A stretch of DNA of 64,000 bases, from positions 14,668,046-14,732,045 of the forward strand of contig CM119270.1 in the NCBI GenBank assembly GCA_051294375.1, read 5' to 3'. A program made the translations under genes and the position numbers. The stretch is from Paraspadella gotoi. Lineage: Eukaryota > Animalia > Chaetognatha. Shown piece after piece: positions 26,968 to 42,175 of this stretch (position 1 is its first letter; each line of letters opens with the position of its first letter). The notes under the pieces are model-generated. The model saw only the letters and a list, made by a program, of their open reading frames with translations, searched no databases and was not told the DNA's origin.

Positions 26968-28398
26968 TCTCTCTCATATTCCATTGTCGTTTCTTTTTTA
27001 ATAAAAATTGGGATTTAATTTTAAAACACAAAATTTAACCCAATGAACATTTTACCCCAAAAACCCTCAATTAATGCACGCATTTAACACGTGCACTCAC
27101 TCCACCCCCACGCGTACGCACGCACACCAAGCTTCCTCGCACGTACGGTTCAGAAATGCAGGAAAAGAATCGTTGTTTGTCGAGATGAATTTATGCTTCC
27201 GACCGATTTGCCCGCAAAACTCGCTTATCTCCTGCGTCAAAAAAGAAAAAAAAAAGATGTTAGTAAACAGAAGTGGCTTACCTTAGTCCTTTCCGCTCCC
27301 CCCACGTCCGCCCTGCTCGGCATCCCCTCCTCCTCTTCCTCCTTCCTCCTCCTACTAACCTCTTCCGCCCTCCCCCTCCAACCAGGAATTAATCTTTTTT
27401 TTCTTTCATTTTTATTTTCCATTTTTTATTTGTTCTTTTCCTTTATTTTTCTTACCTTTTTATTTCCCTTTATTTATTTTTCTCTTTCCTCTATTTCTTT
27501 CCTTCAACCCACAGCTCGTCCACCTGAAAATCGAGCAAAACAAAAAGATCAAAAAAAAAAGGTTTTTCGTTTTACCCCCTCCTCTTCCTCCTCCTCCTCC
27601 TCACCCCCTCCGCCCTCCCCTTCCTATTTGGCCCCTCCTCTTCCTCCTTCCTCCTTCCTTTAGAAAAGCACGGCCTTTCCACCTTTAGAGAGCGAGAGGC
27701 ATTATTTCGGATATCCGGGGCGCCGGAGTGGGACGGCAGCCCACGAAGAGACGAGAGAAGAGAGAGAGAGACGAGAAGAGAGAGGAGAGAGAGAGAGAGA
27801 GGAAGAGAGAGAGAGAGAGAAGAAGAGAGAGAGAGAGAGAGAAAGAGATTTCTTTACTTGCATTCTCCTTCGAATATTCATCCACTTGCCATCAAATTTC
27901 GGATGCCATATTTTTTCTTTCAGCGATAAAGAGAAGTGATAAACCAAACAAACAAATACGAAAATAAACAAACGAATAGATTAAACCTTGTATATGTTCA
28001 AAAAATTTTTGTTCCGGAAGTCAATGGAAATGTTAATTTCTTTTCCGTAGTCATATTTCAGTTGGAACGAGTCTCGCAGATGAGATTTTTTAGGCGGACA
28101 ATATCGGGAGTATCGGAATACATTTCAACAAGTTCAGATTCCCCATATTTTACTTGCAAGTACTATGAGTCAGGCTGCAAGTTATTGACATATGCAAGAT
28201 TATTTTCGCTTCATCAATCTTGAAAATATTTTTCTTAAATTTTCATTTTTAAAAACACCTGTTTAAAAAGATAGAGTTGAAGTTCGAGAGAGAAATTCTG
28301 GGAATTACAAAAATTGTCAATAATATTTCTCGCGCCTAAAAATTGCGCCATAGGACTTTGATCTGATAGTAATAATACGATATATATGTGATTTTAGC

Positions 28399-28502
<104 letters not shown>

Positions 28503-28659
28503 AGGAGAAGATGGGAAGCATCTTATCGAGGAAGAGTGTGGTTTTTGAAACGACGTCCAGTGACGTTTTCTCTTGTCCTCGAGGAAAAAAACTTCGATCG
28601 ACAGGAAATTAGCAGTATGACAGTTATTGGGGGAATCTCTCTCTCTCGTTCTCTCTTTC

Positions 28660-28723
<64 letters not shown>

Positions 28724-29439
28724 CTTCTTTGAAGCTATCGATCGTGAAGAGAGGAAGAGAGAGAGGGAGAGACATTTCGATGACAACGATTTAATGTTTT
28801 CTTCCAAAAATCGGAAAATTCTTAAGTGAATGCGATATTTCACGGATTTGAATTAAAAAAGAAGGAGGGGGTAAAAAAGAAAGAATTTAAAAGGGAAAAG
28901 AGAAGTAATCAAAAAGATGAACTCATCCGAAACTAATTTTAAAAACAAAAGATATATTGATTTTGATTTTAAAACTTATCCAATTTTTTTTTTAGAAAAA
29001 AATGTTTTAATTTAAACTTGCTACAAAGAAATGATATCCTGATAGCATATACTTATACAAGACTAATGATAGGGACGGTTAAAAAACTTGGAATCAAAAA
29101 TTGAACGGAAAAGTGCAAGTTCATCAAAAAAGGTCCTTATACGACTGCACCCATTGGAGGAAAATGGTCGTTAAAAGACAATGACGATATTGATGACGGC
29201 GACGATGACGACGGCGACGATGAAGACGACGACGAAAATGACGTCCCGGACGCCTACAGTTTTTTTTTCACGTCGTTAAAACAAATTCCCACTTTGGGAA
29301 CTAATAACGCCGAAAAAAGTTAAATTGTTCGAGTGCCGACAGAGAGAGAGAGTGAGAGAAAGAGAGAAGACGAGAGGGAGAAGGAGAGAGAGAGAGAGAG
29401 ACGAGAGAGGACGGTTTTATGGATGTGGGTACTCGTTTG

Positions 29440-32400
29440 GTCGACGCCCTACTTTTACTTATTGTACTACTCGCTACTTACATTTTGTCTATAATAGTTT
29501 AATTTCATCTTGTTTAGATAAACTAAATATTGAACAGATTCCGTCCTTCTGATGGAATTTATCCTCAATATACTTCCGAACTCCATTGCGTCGCATTGCG
29601 TTTTCTCCGACCCTCGTTACGCAAACGCCGCCGGAGCGGTCGAGCAAGGATCCTGACCTTCGGAATATGAGGCGTAATTGGCTAAATGTCCCGGTTACCT
29701 TATTACCTTTCCTTATTACCTTACCTCATTACTCTCAATTTGTTGTGACAATTTTAGTTTCGTTGTTCTCTTCCGCGTGACACCTGAGCCCCGCCTCGTC
29801 AAAAAAATCTTTGAGGCTCCGTACTTTTTCCATTTACACGTGTTATGGCTGGAAATCCAGGATATTGTAGGACCACTGAAACACAAATATTTCTAGTAAT
29901 TTTTGATGAAGGGGTAAGATCTTTTAAGAAAAAAACACATTTAGAATTCAAGAGCTGTGAAGTCGTCTTATCTCTGTTAAAATGTAATTTTTTGTGATCT
30001 ATAGCGAACTTTAATGCTTGGATAAATCTTAAAATGTTGCCGTTATTCCTTATGGTAATCTTCACGTTCATGATCACTCTCTATCCCATATTCATTTCTC
30101 GCCTATTCTTCATTTGCTCCGCCTATCTTCTCGGACTAATGTTTCCTTCTTTATCCTATCCACTTATCCTCCCCAAATAGATGCTCCACTAACTGTTCCT
30201 AATGCCGAACTGTTATATTAATCGTGCTGTTCTGAGCAGTATAAAAGAGTGACTGATAAAATCTTCCTAACTAATATATAAAGTTTAAATCTATCCTGGT
30301 AACAATATTCATAGCGAAGAGTGAGCCACTAAGATCTCTATGAAAATCACCGCGAGGAAATTGTATACAAAATAAGACTTACGCGGTTCAGTGAGAACGG
30401 TTAAACACACGCTCAAGCAACAAAACCCTGCCTCCAGTGCAGGCGGGCGCTCCTTCGCCCTTATTTCTCAACGGACCACCGATTTTACGCCGTACTATTC
30501 TAATACCAGGGGATAATAGATTACATCCTGGTTAAAACTATAGAGCCCGTATTATTTGATCAATATAGACTCTCTCCCTCCTATCGTCTTCGAAGGAAAT
30601 TAAACACGTTTACAAAGAAACACGGTCCCAATCCTAGTAGTTTAGAGCGACCACTTTACTCCTAGAGCACGGTCTAGATGGCGTTCAATTTGACGAGCGG
30701 GTACAAAAAAGAAATGACACTCAAGTCATACGAGGTATGTACTACAACTATGACTCGTGACGGTACGGCGATATCTCGGGCACCAAAGGAGGCGGTGCGG
30801 AAGAGCAACGCAAGATGGGTTATAAAATATTTAGGTATGCAAAAACCAAAGATAGTATGCTCGGGCACATTAACTAGTACACAAAACTATGGAAATATGT
30901 AATTCATATGGTGTCTCGGGGGAACAGGAGATAGGTAAAAAGTATTTAATGAGGTAATTTGTACGTATATACCCCCAAATAGTTTTTATAAGAATAAGTA
31001 AAATATTTGAGAAGAGAGGTATGGTTGTTATTTGAACAGCTCTTCTCTCAAATACAGCGGCAAATTAGATCGTTAGCCGCACGGGAGTAGTTTTCGATAT
31101 TTAAAGTCAAAGCATATAGTTAGTCAACATAAAGCTATCAAGGGTACTACAATAGATATCATGTTAATTTTACACCTATAAGATAATTTTCCTATTCGGG
31201 GCCGTTATTCTTTTCATAGGAATGCAGCATGTGCTCCCAAACACGCCACCAGTAACAATAAGAGATCCGTAGATAAGGGGATATGTGAGTGGAATATGAA
31301 CATATATGATTGTATTCTCTGTATGTGAAGCGACTTTGAACATTATTTTTTGTTGCCTTTGGACATATAATTAACAAATTTTAAAATCTTGTTTTTAAAT
31401 ATTTTTGTTTAAGCATAAATAATTTTATGTAATTATGTTTCAATTATTTATGTAGAAGTATATCAGTGATTCCTATTTATAATCTGATTAAACTTTTAAA
31501 TAAAAACTATTTTTAATATTTTTAAAAACAGAGATAAGGATTCGTGGGCTAAAAAAATCACTTAAAAGAAGAACATATCTTTTATAAAATATTAAAACAT
31601 TTGTTCTTATTGAGTTTTTATATTAGTGCAGTAGAGTCAGGAGTCCAAAAAATATGCTACTGAATACTTTATTAAATATATACATAAAAATATTATTAAA
31701 ATATAAATAAATATAATGTTTTTACTACAGATGAATAAAAAAAATTCAACAAATTGTTTAGCCTTTTTTATCTAGTTGTAATATGCTGAAAGCATGAATT
31801 ATAGCAAATTTTTTAAAAATTAAAAACATATTTTATATCTTTGATTTTTATACGTTTATATATGTAAAAATGGACATCCTTTATTAAAAAGGATTAAAAA
31901 CTATAATATATATTTTATTAAATTTACTTATTGGAGATCTAAAAAATATATTACAAATTATATTAATATATTTACATTTCCTAGTTCTCCCGGATACCAA
32001 TATTGTAATTAAATAATTTATATATGTTAAAGAGTAAATCTTTTCATATCTTACACAATATTTGCTATAAATTTCCTTATGTTATCGATCATTCAAATAA
32101 TTTGTATTCTGTTCTATTGGAGTGCGTCCACTCTAATGCTTCATGGTCTTAATTATGTCGCAAGATTTTAAATACGGGGTGTTAACACAAGTAATAATTT
32201 TAGCCTGTAAATTGGAGTAATGGTTGGAGATTGGGTAATTCGTAATGTTCAATGCTGGCTACCGGTCCCTCTTTTACGACACCTCACTCCAATATATGGA
32301 CCCGTCTCACACTTCTTACTTCCATATATATCTCGAATGATATTGGTAAACGTGATTACTAAAACTTAGGTAAAATGGTTTAACAACAGTAGCTTATAGT

Positions 32401-35400
32401 TCGCGCGCGCCTGTTAAGACTACGGATTGCCCGCATAACACAAAAAAAACAGAACCACAAAACAATAAAATCCTGCATCCATACAGGCTTGCGGTGGTGA
32501 AAGGCCCTGAAAAATTACCTCTGAATTATGACATAATTTTGATTGAATCTAACCTCAATTATTCTCGCTCGCCCCGCCTGGTGAATCTTACGATGCCGTC
32601 TTGTAATGTCTATATCGAAGATTCTACTTCTATTGCTTCAAATGCCATTCAGAGATCTAGAATTAATCAATCACATTGAACAAATTGCGCCTGCCGGAAT
32701 TCGTTCTCTAGAATTCTCCGTACTCTAACTACTTGCTTCTTCGGTCTATTAACATCCAACATCGCTTCTGACTGCCAAACGAATGACGCCACGTACAGTA
32801 TCTCATGCGCCAAAGTCAAGTTAGGTAAGGCAAGATTTTGACTATCCAAAAAGGAAAAACATGCGTTTAAGGGTATCCACTTTTTATATTAACTGTGAAC
32901 TATTATATGCTCTTTAACCATACACATGCAAATTTTAAAGCCCCGCTTTCAATGCCATACAAAAATTTTAAAATAAAGATAACGGCTTGTAGAGATAAGT
33001 GGCGCCAACTAATTGCGGTGCCGTCATAATTTCTATAATAGAAGGATAAGGTAATTTTTGCCCAATAGGAAAAATTAGGCTTCAGAAAATTAATTTTAGA
33101 AGGCAAAATCTTTGCCGAAAAAAATACCTAAGAATAGGACGGAAGCTAAGATGGGTAACACCCAGTTAAAGGGCCACATTTAAATGGCCAGCTCAATCTC
33201 TTGACTATGCCCTACATTATAGTCTCTCTAGAGAGAACATGTTTAGTTAAAGCCAACAGTCAACTTTATGATTTTACAGGACTTACGGCTGATTAATTAG
33301 TGTAACCCCCGAAAAAGGCGCAGAGTAGTTTTAACGCTGACGCCTCTCAGTACTCCTTATAAGCCTTACCCTGTGCGAGTTTTACCATTTCTTTTCTTAC
33401 CCCTAGTGTATCGCGCTGCCTGGGGGCCGACTCTTTTTTATTATACAAAATGAAAAACAATGATCTTTCCATGGCGAGAAGTAATAATTGTGTAGAAATC
33501 ATAGTAATTAGTATAAAAGCTTACTGTTAGGATAAAAGATGTAGTTACCATATTAATAAAAATTAATTAACCAATAATTGACCATTATTAACATTTTGAC
33601 CCAAAATAGTTTGTCCCAAAAAATTACAATTTTAGAATCATATAGCTCTACAAACTCTATTATGGGAAACACATTTCTTTCACTTAAACCACTCACATCC
33701 ATTATTATCATTAGTAACCAAATCTTGTATTAGGTCTTCAAATGTGTGAGAGTTACGTGCAAAACTATTTTGAAGGTAACGAAGGATTGGTGTGAAGGAA
33801 TATAGATAGAGCGTAGGAAAGAGCCTGAGTAGATTGTAAATTCTGAGTCATTTATTTATAAGAACAGAAATGAGTAACTTTGAGTGCAGAGGAATAAAAG
33901 TGAGATGTAAACGTATATAAGAGTGTAATAACATACATTGCAAATAAAATTAATCCCGAGGTTTGCATAATTTATTTAAAGGTAAAATATTAAATGAACA
34001 CTTTAGATTACCGAAATACCTCGTGCACCCTATCGAAAAAAAACTTACTAACTGTTATTATAGAAAATGCTAATTCCAGTTAATTCTAATACCAATAAAT
34101 AAATATATATCTCCCAAAATAAAATAATAATATTATATAATACCAAACAAATTGTAAGATAACCGTGAACGAGCGTTTCAGGCTACTTGAATTCTCAAAT
34201 AGTTTTCTTAAAGATCTACCAAACTCATCAAAAAATAACTCTAAAATAATATATGTGTAAGGTCTGTTTTTTCAGTGCCGTAGCGGTCTACAAGGAAATA
34301 ATCACAAAGGAATTCGGCAGGCATACTATCCCCAGAATCAGGTGCGCGTCGAACCACATGCGCGCGCAAAAAAGAAGTATGACGAGAAATTCGCTCTCCA
34401 AGAATCTGTTTCTGACTCAGGCTGAATGTTACGCCCAATTTGTTCCGGGTACAGAGGAAGAACACTCTCACGCGGAAGAGAGATAGCAACACATATAAAC
34501 ATAAAAAAAAACTTAACTCCGGGAGAATATTCTCAACACATGCCATATATATTATTTTTTAGTGTAAAAGCCGAATTGGGTTTACAGTGCAAGTAGGACA
34601 GTTGGGCTATGCTGACACAAATAGTTGTTAAGTAACCCCGCCTGGTTTAATAAGGAAAGGTAATAGGTAACCGCGACCATTTAGCCATAGTTTTAGGTAT
34701 TCTTTGAACTATATTTTTTCTCTATTATTATTTACTACTGAACCGGTCTTCAGTTGTGATAATACCTTCCTGCCTACAGAACGCAAGAATGCTCGGGTTC
34801 CAGAGCCTCCGATGTGAAAATCGTAAACGAAGATCTTTCATTATGTGCAATGTTCGTAAGGTGTGAACGTAGAAATACTGGGATCAATGCGACCAATATC
34901 CCTGGAGCAAATGTATCGAGGTGGATACGAGAGTAAATATGAGCAAAGTATAAATGTTCTCTCACGAATCAGAAGGTGCACCCAGCGTTTGGAAAGATCG
35001 CTCGTTCAATATTTAGTTAGTCGTAAACAGATATTATTGGTAAGAAAGCACACTCTTCAATATTATCAGCACTGATACACTCATAGTTAAGTGAGAGTAA
35101 AAGTTCAGTGGTGTTAAAGTGAGTGACAGTGCAAAATGAATAAGTTATCTTGTTATGATAACAACATAAGTAACATCATAATGCTAGTCTGTGCGTCTTG
35201 CAACACGAGAGTACGGGAACCGGTCCATACAGGCACATACTCAATAAATCATTGGTAATTAAGACATGATGATGGACGTAGTAGAAAGGAGACATAAAAT
35301 GCGTAAAGAACAGAATAAACTATTTAATATAGACACCTCCCCACCACTGGCTATACTCAATTATTCATATCCCTGTGATCTGTACTTGTCGAAAGAATCT

Positions 35401-38400
35401 AACGCTCGTCTTCAATTACAAACAAATAACAGATTGTCTGATTTTGCGATAATTTAATCATATCATACATATGTTCAAGCTTTTTACTTGATTAAACACG
35501 CGACGTAAATGAGTCTACTTCCCAATCGTACCCATTTTTCGCCAAAAAGTTTGAGTCCAACAGCTTGCTTCTCTGGCGGTCTGCCGTCTGCAGGTTGGTT
35601 ATGTCCTTAACGCCCTGTGGCTCCCGGCTTCACCTACATTATTGATGGCTCTCCAAATACATAAGAACTACGCTATATCAATGAACTATGTTCTCTTCGG
35701 GCCAAGCTTCCCATAATCTTCCCTCATCCGCGAGACATCTCTGTAAATGGCCAACCTGTTTGGTGCTTTGTGCTATTTACTCTTTGTAACCAGCTGCCCC
35801 TTTCATTATATTTCGCAAGACCTGATTAAGTAATGGCATATATTCATAATTCCATCCATGAGGCTAGCGTCTCTGATAGCAGAACTTTTGTTCACCCAAT
35901 GGTGGAACAACATCTAATTTTATTTATTATTTAAAAATTGTATCTTTTATTGTCAAGTAAATATTATTATTTATAATCATATCGCCTTGCTTTAAGGGAT
36001 ATAGAACGCACTTGAACTAGGAATACAAGAAAATACTTCGATAAGAGGGCAGTCCTCTAGGCCTCAGTATTAAGCGCACTTTTTGCGTTATTTTTAGCCA
36101 TCCTCTTAGTATCTCTTATGAATCTGACCAAGTGGATCCAGGACAAAAAAAGACCTCGTACTTGTAAACAATAAAACAATAAAACAGGTTTAACACTTTT
36201 ACAAACAAGTATACTTTCTAGAGATATTAAATACTAAGTCAACTCGCGTTTCACCTGTTCTCATTGCCGCTTCCCAAAATTCAACTAAAATGAAACAAAT
36301 AATACTAAAGGATCAGACTTTGAGTACTTCTAGTATTTGTGCAAACACTAAGCGCGTATTAGGATATATGCCCACTGCAAAGGTGGAAAGGCTCGCTGAT
36401 GTCGTTTCGTAATTGCATAAATCAGAACCTCTTTTGCTCATACATTGGAAGGGAGGCCTTTAATTTTTTGTATTAGACAAGGAGAACTAATTTGGGTAAC
36501 TATACCAATTATTTTTCTTTATTGTTTTGTACTTAATGCGATGTTTTTAATCCACGCGTGTGTGTCTCATATCCATAAATTCATTAATTTCCTGATCGGC
36601 CTTAATTTATTATTTCTGCTTTTAATTTTTTTGTGGGTATTATATATAAATGGTGTTAAATATACCTCTCAAGTTTTTATATTAACCACATTTAGAAGTC
36701 ACCAATTTATAACATATAATAAGATAGTAACATATTGTATTTACATAAAATGGATATAATCAGTGCTATTAATTTCTCACCGTTATTTCATATATATTTG
36801 ATTAACTCTCTGAATATATACCATCTTCTTACATTATTTTTTCCTACAAAAATAAATGCCAATATTGTTAATTAATAGGGTTGTTAAGCAAATTAAGTGT
36901 AATATCAAGTTTTTTACATTTAATTATATCATGAAACCACGGCTATTATAATACTTGGATTTAGCTATATTTTTTACTATATAATTATATATCTTCTAAC
37001 AAACCCTTTTTATAATATTATAAAACTCCCTGTGTAAAAATTTAATTGATTTTTTCTCCGATTTTCATATTGAACATTCCAAAATCAATATATATCCTCC
37101 ATTTTAATTAAGATCGGATTTTAAAGGAAATATCAGAGGTTGGGTAAACGGAATATGTTGCGCCAAAGCAATATTGATTTGTCATCCCCGTTTTCCTCAA
37201 GTGATAATAACTTAACGTACCCAATTTTCCCGTTAAATTCTTTCTTTTTTACCCCCTCCTCTTTTTAAATTCAAATCCGAAAATATCGGCATTCACTTAA
37301 GAATTTTCCGATTTTATGGAAAGAAAATCGATGTTTTCATAAATAAAATTAGGAGGGAGAATCGGCCAGCAAATTGTGTCCCCCATTTATCTGCATATTC
37401 TATGAGTATTGTTATCTCTCTCCGCTCGCCCTTCATTATCTCAAACCTCTTCTCGGTCCTCTCTCCCGCAACGAAGTTCGGACCTCATCCCCCGTACGTC
37501 ATGTCCTGGAGGAGCCTTCTGGAACAAGATTAATTGACAACGGGGAGAGGCAGAGGGTAGTATTATGAGCCGTTGTAGTACGTCTTCGACGTCGTGTCGT
37601 CATCGTTTCTGTTCCATAAGTTCCTCTTTCGACAACTTTAAGACCCCATTCTGTCTTCATTACCAAAAACCTTGACAAGAGTTTCGCCGCCTAGGGAAGC
37701 GCCGGTTGACGGCGGCGGCCGCCGTGTAGTTTGACGCCGACGCACGACCGCTGACGATGACACCCGAAGACGATGTCTTTTTTCGATTATGATGACGACA
37801 AAACGACGTCAAGACGGCTAACAACAGTTTTTTAAGATTGTGTACAATAATTTTTCCAGTGATCAAATAATGTTTGCGTCTAAAAATAGAGAGCAGAGAG
37901 GAAAAGTTTAGGAGAGAAAAAACACAGGAGAAACAGGAAAAAGGTAAGGGCAAATGAAGTATACCACATTCCGACGTATTAACTCATTAATGATTGTTTA
38001 GAAAGAACGGATATTAAGAAGAATCTTTTAAGACGAACACTAAGTTCACGATAGCTTAAGAAGTTGGAAGTAAGTTCGAATGTGGGGCGTCAACCCTCTT
38101 CAAGGCATCTGCCTCAAAAAGCTGTGTGAGAGACGATACAAGGACGACTGAGGTGATACTGCTCAAAAAGCAAAAAAAAAGAAAAAATAAGAAGAGAACC
38201 AAGACAGGAGTCGAAGTCCCCCACTACAATTTTTTAAGTTATCTCCCGGTTTTTATTAAAAAATAAAAAGTCGCGTACACGATAATCCTCCTCGGACGCG
38301 TCAATGCTGCTAATTCCGTGAGTCCGACTCGAGTCTATTCCGATTACTCTCAGTCAGCCCCATGCGGAAATCGGGAGTGTCAATCTGGGAAAAGGCAAAA

Positions 38401-41400
38401 TAGCAAATAGCTGTCTCCCGATCAAAACCAGGACTGACTGCTCCAATCCACTTCAGGCTACTTTTCGTCCCGCTTCCCGACTCCCTTCCACTTTGTTTTT
38501 TTTCTTAACCCACCTCTTCCTACAACCCTCTTTAAACTTCTCTGGCTCTTCCCCCCCGCATACTAAGACTTTCTCTTCTGCTCGTGCACTTCTTTCGTCC
38601 TCTCGTCTCTCTCTCTTCTCTCCTCTCTCTCTCTCCCTCCTCGCTCCGTCTACCTCTCCCAGCTCTGCCCTCCAGGGTCTCGTATCTCTCTCTCTTCTCT
38701 CTTCTCTCGCTCCCTCTCTCCGCCTACCTCTCCCTGTTTACTGGCTAAAATCATCAGGTAAAAATGAGTAAAACGATAAATATTATCTAAATACAGATCC
38801 AAGAGGTCCGGGCTATGGGCTCGCAACTCTTTCTGAACGGCCGCCCGCCGAATGTTATTTAGACGCGCCGCCCCAGGTGGCCGTACCGAGGGAAATAATT
38901 ATTGACATTTTAGTTTCGATGAAATCATGGGTACGCGTAGCCAATTGGGCTCGTCTCTCGAAAGAAAGGCGGTTCACTCTTGAGTGCTAAATAATATAGT
39001 NNNNNNNNNNNNNNNNNNNNNNNNNGTCGACGCCCTACTTTTACTTATTGTACTACTCGCTACTTACATTTTGTCTATATATAGTTTAATTTCATTCTGT
39101 TTAGTATAAACTAAATATTGAACAGATTCCGTCCTTCTGATGGAATTTATCCTCAAGTATACTTCCCGACTCCATTGCGTCGCATTGCGCGTTTTCTCCG
39201 ACCCTTCGTTACGCAAACGCCGCCCGAGCGGTCGACAAGGATCCTGACCTTCGGTAATTGAGGCGTAATTGGCTAAATGTCCCGGTTACCTTATTACCTT
39301 TCCTTATTACCTTACCTCATCTCTCTCAATTTGTTGTTGACAATTTTAGTTTCGTTGTTCTCTTCCGCGTGACACCTGAGCCCCGCGCTCGTCAAAAAAA
39401 TCTTTGAGCGTTCGTTCTTTTTTCCAACCTGTTATGGCTGGAAATCCAGGATATTGTAGACAACTGAAACACATATATATTTTAGTATTTGATGAAGTTT
39501 GGTAGATCTTTTAAGAAAAAAAACTATTTGAGATTCAAGAGCTGAAAGTCGTTTTTCTTCATTTGTAATAAATTGAAATTTTTTGTGAAATCACTTTAAT
39601 TTTTAGGCGAGTCGGATAATCTTAAAATGTTGCCGTTATTCCTATGTAATCTTTATTCCTTCATGACTCTCTCTATCCTTCCTCTATCTTCCTCTATCCT
39701 TCCACTATCCTTCAAATAGTTTTGCTCACTAACTGTTCTTAATGTTGTGTGATTTGTTTGGAAAAGTGTTAAATTTCTTATAATAATTTTTTTTTGAAAT
39801 CTACCGACAAACACCAAATTCCGCCGACATTTAAAAGCCGCCGCAAAGAAACCGCAAAAACTGCGGCGGCCGTCCTCCCTTCTCCACGCCGTTTACGCGG
39901 TTCATTCTCGGAAAAGTCGTCAAAATTGAGGCTATAATTGTCATTAGTTCCGTCCTATTCTTATTGAATTGACGTCAAACGGTCCTCATTCCTAGGAGTG
40001 GCGCCACTACCAAAGCCGTCAATGCGTTCAATGAAGGAAAAAAAGTACGTATCGTTTGACGCCAACGACCCGGACGTACGTGGCGTCACGCCAAAGAGGC
40101 GTGGAGTGACGCAATGTTAATTACGTCAAAACAATTCGCCCTGAAGGTGAACGTCCTTTGAAAAGAGGAACGTCTCATCAGCGGCATCGTAGCCGCGGGA
40201 GGATTTTGTCAACAAATTTGTCAACAAAGTTCGTCAACAAGTGGATCAAGTTTTGGGCGTTTTTATGGTCTGAGCCAACCCCCTTGACATGTTCGATAGG
40301 GTGGAGTGATGAAAAGAGTGAGCGATTGAACATTATTTTTTTGTTGCCTTTGGACATATAATTAACAAATTTTAAATCTTTTTAAAATTTTTTTAGCATA
40401 AAAGTTTAGTATTCAATTATTTATGTAGTAATATCCTTATAAAATTTTTAAATTTTAAAATATTTTTTTTATTTTTAAAAACAGATTTGGATTCGCCTAA
40501 AAAAACTAAGAAGCTTTTATAAAATATGTTTTATGATATTTTAATGTTAAGATCGCAAAAAATGACTGAAACTTTTTAACATATATATATATAAGTTTTT
40601 ACTACAGAGAATAAAAAAGTCAACAATTTTTACCTTTTTTCTCGTTTTAAATGCTGAAGATGATAGAATTTTTAATAACATGTTTTATATCTTTGATTCA
40701 ACTTTTTATGAAAAATCTGAATCTTTATTAAAAGTTTAAAAAAAAATATTTTTAAAATTTACTATTTTATAAAAATATTATTACAAATATATTATATTTT
40801 ACTATTCTGTTCCCGAGACAATATGAATTAAATATTTTTTGTACTAGTTAATCATACTATCTCACATCTAAATTTCCTTGTTCGATCATTCAAATAATTT
40901 GTTCGTTCTTGAGTGCTCCACTCTAATGTTCAATGGTTTCTTAATTTGTCGCGAGATTTTAAATACGTGTTACATGTAATAATTGTTAGTGTAATGTGTA
41001 ATGGGTATGAGTTGTCTATGAACGTCCACGACCGCTAATATTGACCCGTTTCAAACTCTTAGTTTCATTTCATGATATTGTAAACGATGATTACTAATTA
41101 GTTAAAAGATTAAACAGTAGCTTTATAGTCGCCCGCGTAAATAACGTTCGGAAAAAAAAAACATTATCCAACCTCTGGCCGAACGAGTTCAAGGCCTCAC
41201 CCCTACGTCATGTCGGGACCTGGAAGTTATTACTCCGGTTTTATGAGGTTTATCGTCTTCGACGTCGTCGTCGTCGTCGTTTCTGTCCATAAGTCTCTTT
41301 CGACACTTTAAGACCCCATTTCTGTCTTCATTACCAAAAACCTTGACAAGAGTTTCGCCGCCAGGAGCGCCGGTTGACGGCGGCGGCCGCCGGTAGTTGA

Positions 41401-41950
41401 CGCCGACGACGACGCTGACGATGACGACGAAGACGATGTCTTTTTCGATTATGATGACGACAATAACGACGTCAAGACGGCTAAACAATTTTTTTAAATT
41501 GTTACAATAATTTTTCCATGATCAAATAATGTTTGCGTCTAAAATAGAGAGGAGAGAGAGAAAGTTAGAGAGAGAAACACAGAAACAGAAAAAGTAAGGC
41601 AAATGAATATACCACATTCCACGTTTTAACTCATTAATTTTAACGATTTAAATCTTAACAACATAATCGTCTAAGTAGTAAGTTCATGGGCGTCAACCTC
41701 TCAAGCATCTGCCTCAAAAGCTTGTCTGCTCAAAAAAAAATAAGAAACCAAGCAGACGAAGCCTACAATTAGTTTTCCGGTTAAAAATAAAAGTCGTCGT
41801 CCGATTCTCCTCGCGTTATTCCGACGGAATCAGTTCAATCAGCAAAATCTGTCCGATCAAACAGACTGCTCAATCCATTCAGCTACTTTCGTCCTTCCCA
41901 CTCCTCATTTTTTTTTTGCCATTCCTCACCTTAAATCTCTCTCTTCCCCC
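29440..41950 (+). repeat. Direct duplication across a 25-N gap: 29440-32450 plus 37430-38560 match 39026-41950
   Basis: Both copies start with 'gtcgacgccctacttttacttattg'. The first copy becomes progressively richer in insertions. Confidence 0.88.
39970..40128. promoter_or_regulatory. Candidate CRE/ATF site cluster
   Basis: TGACGTCA (39970), CGTCA (40017, 40084), TGACG (40057), TGACGCAA (40107) and TTACGTCA (40121), all outside microsatellite sequence. Confidence 0.3.
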
Positions 41951-42144
41951 CTAAACGGCATTTTGCTATCTCTCGCCGACGACAGTTGCCAGTTTGCCAC
42001 TCGTCACCCGGCTGTGGAAAAGAAAATTAAGGGCGGCGGCTTTTTCGACTCTTTCTTTGACGCCGCCCGGATTTTAGTCGTCGCCGCCCAGAGCTTGGCG
42101 TCGAAGTTTCGAAAACGAGTCCGGGAAGGTGTGACGTCGCCGTT

Positions 42145-42175
<31 letters not shown>

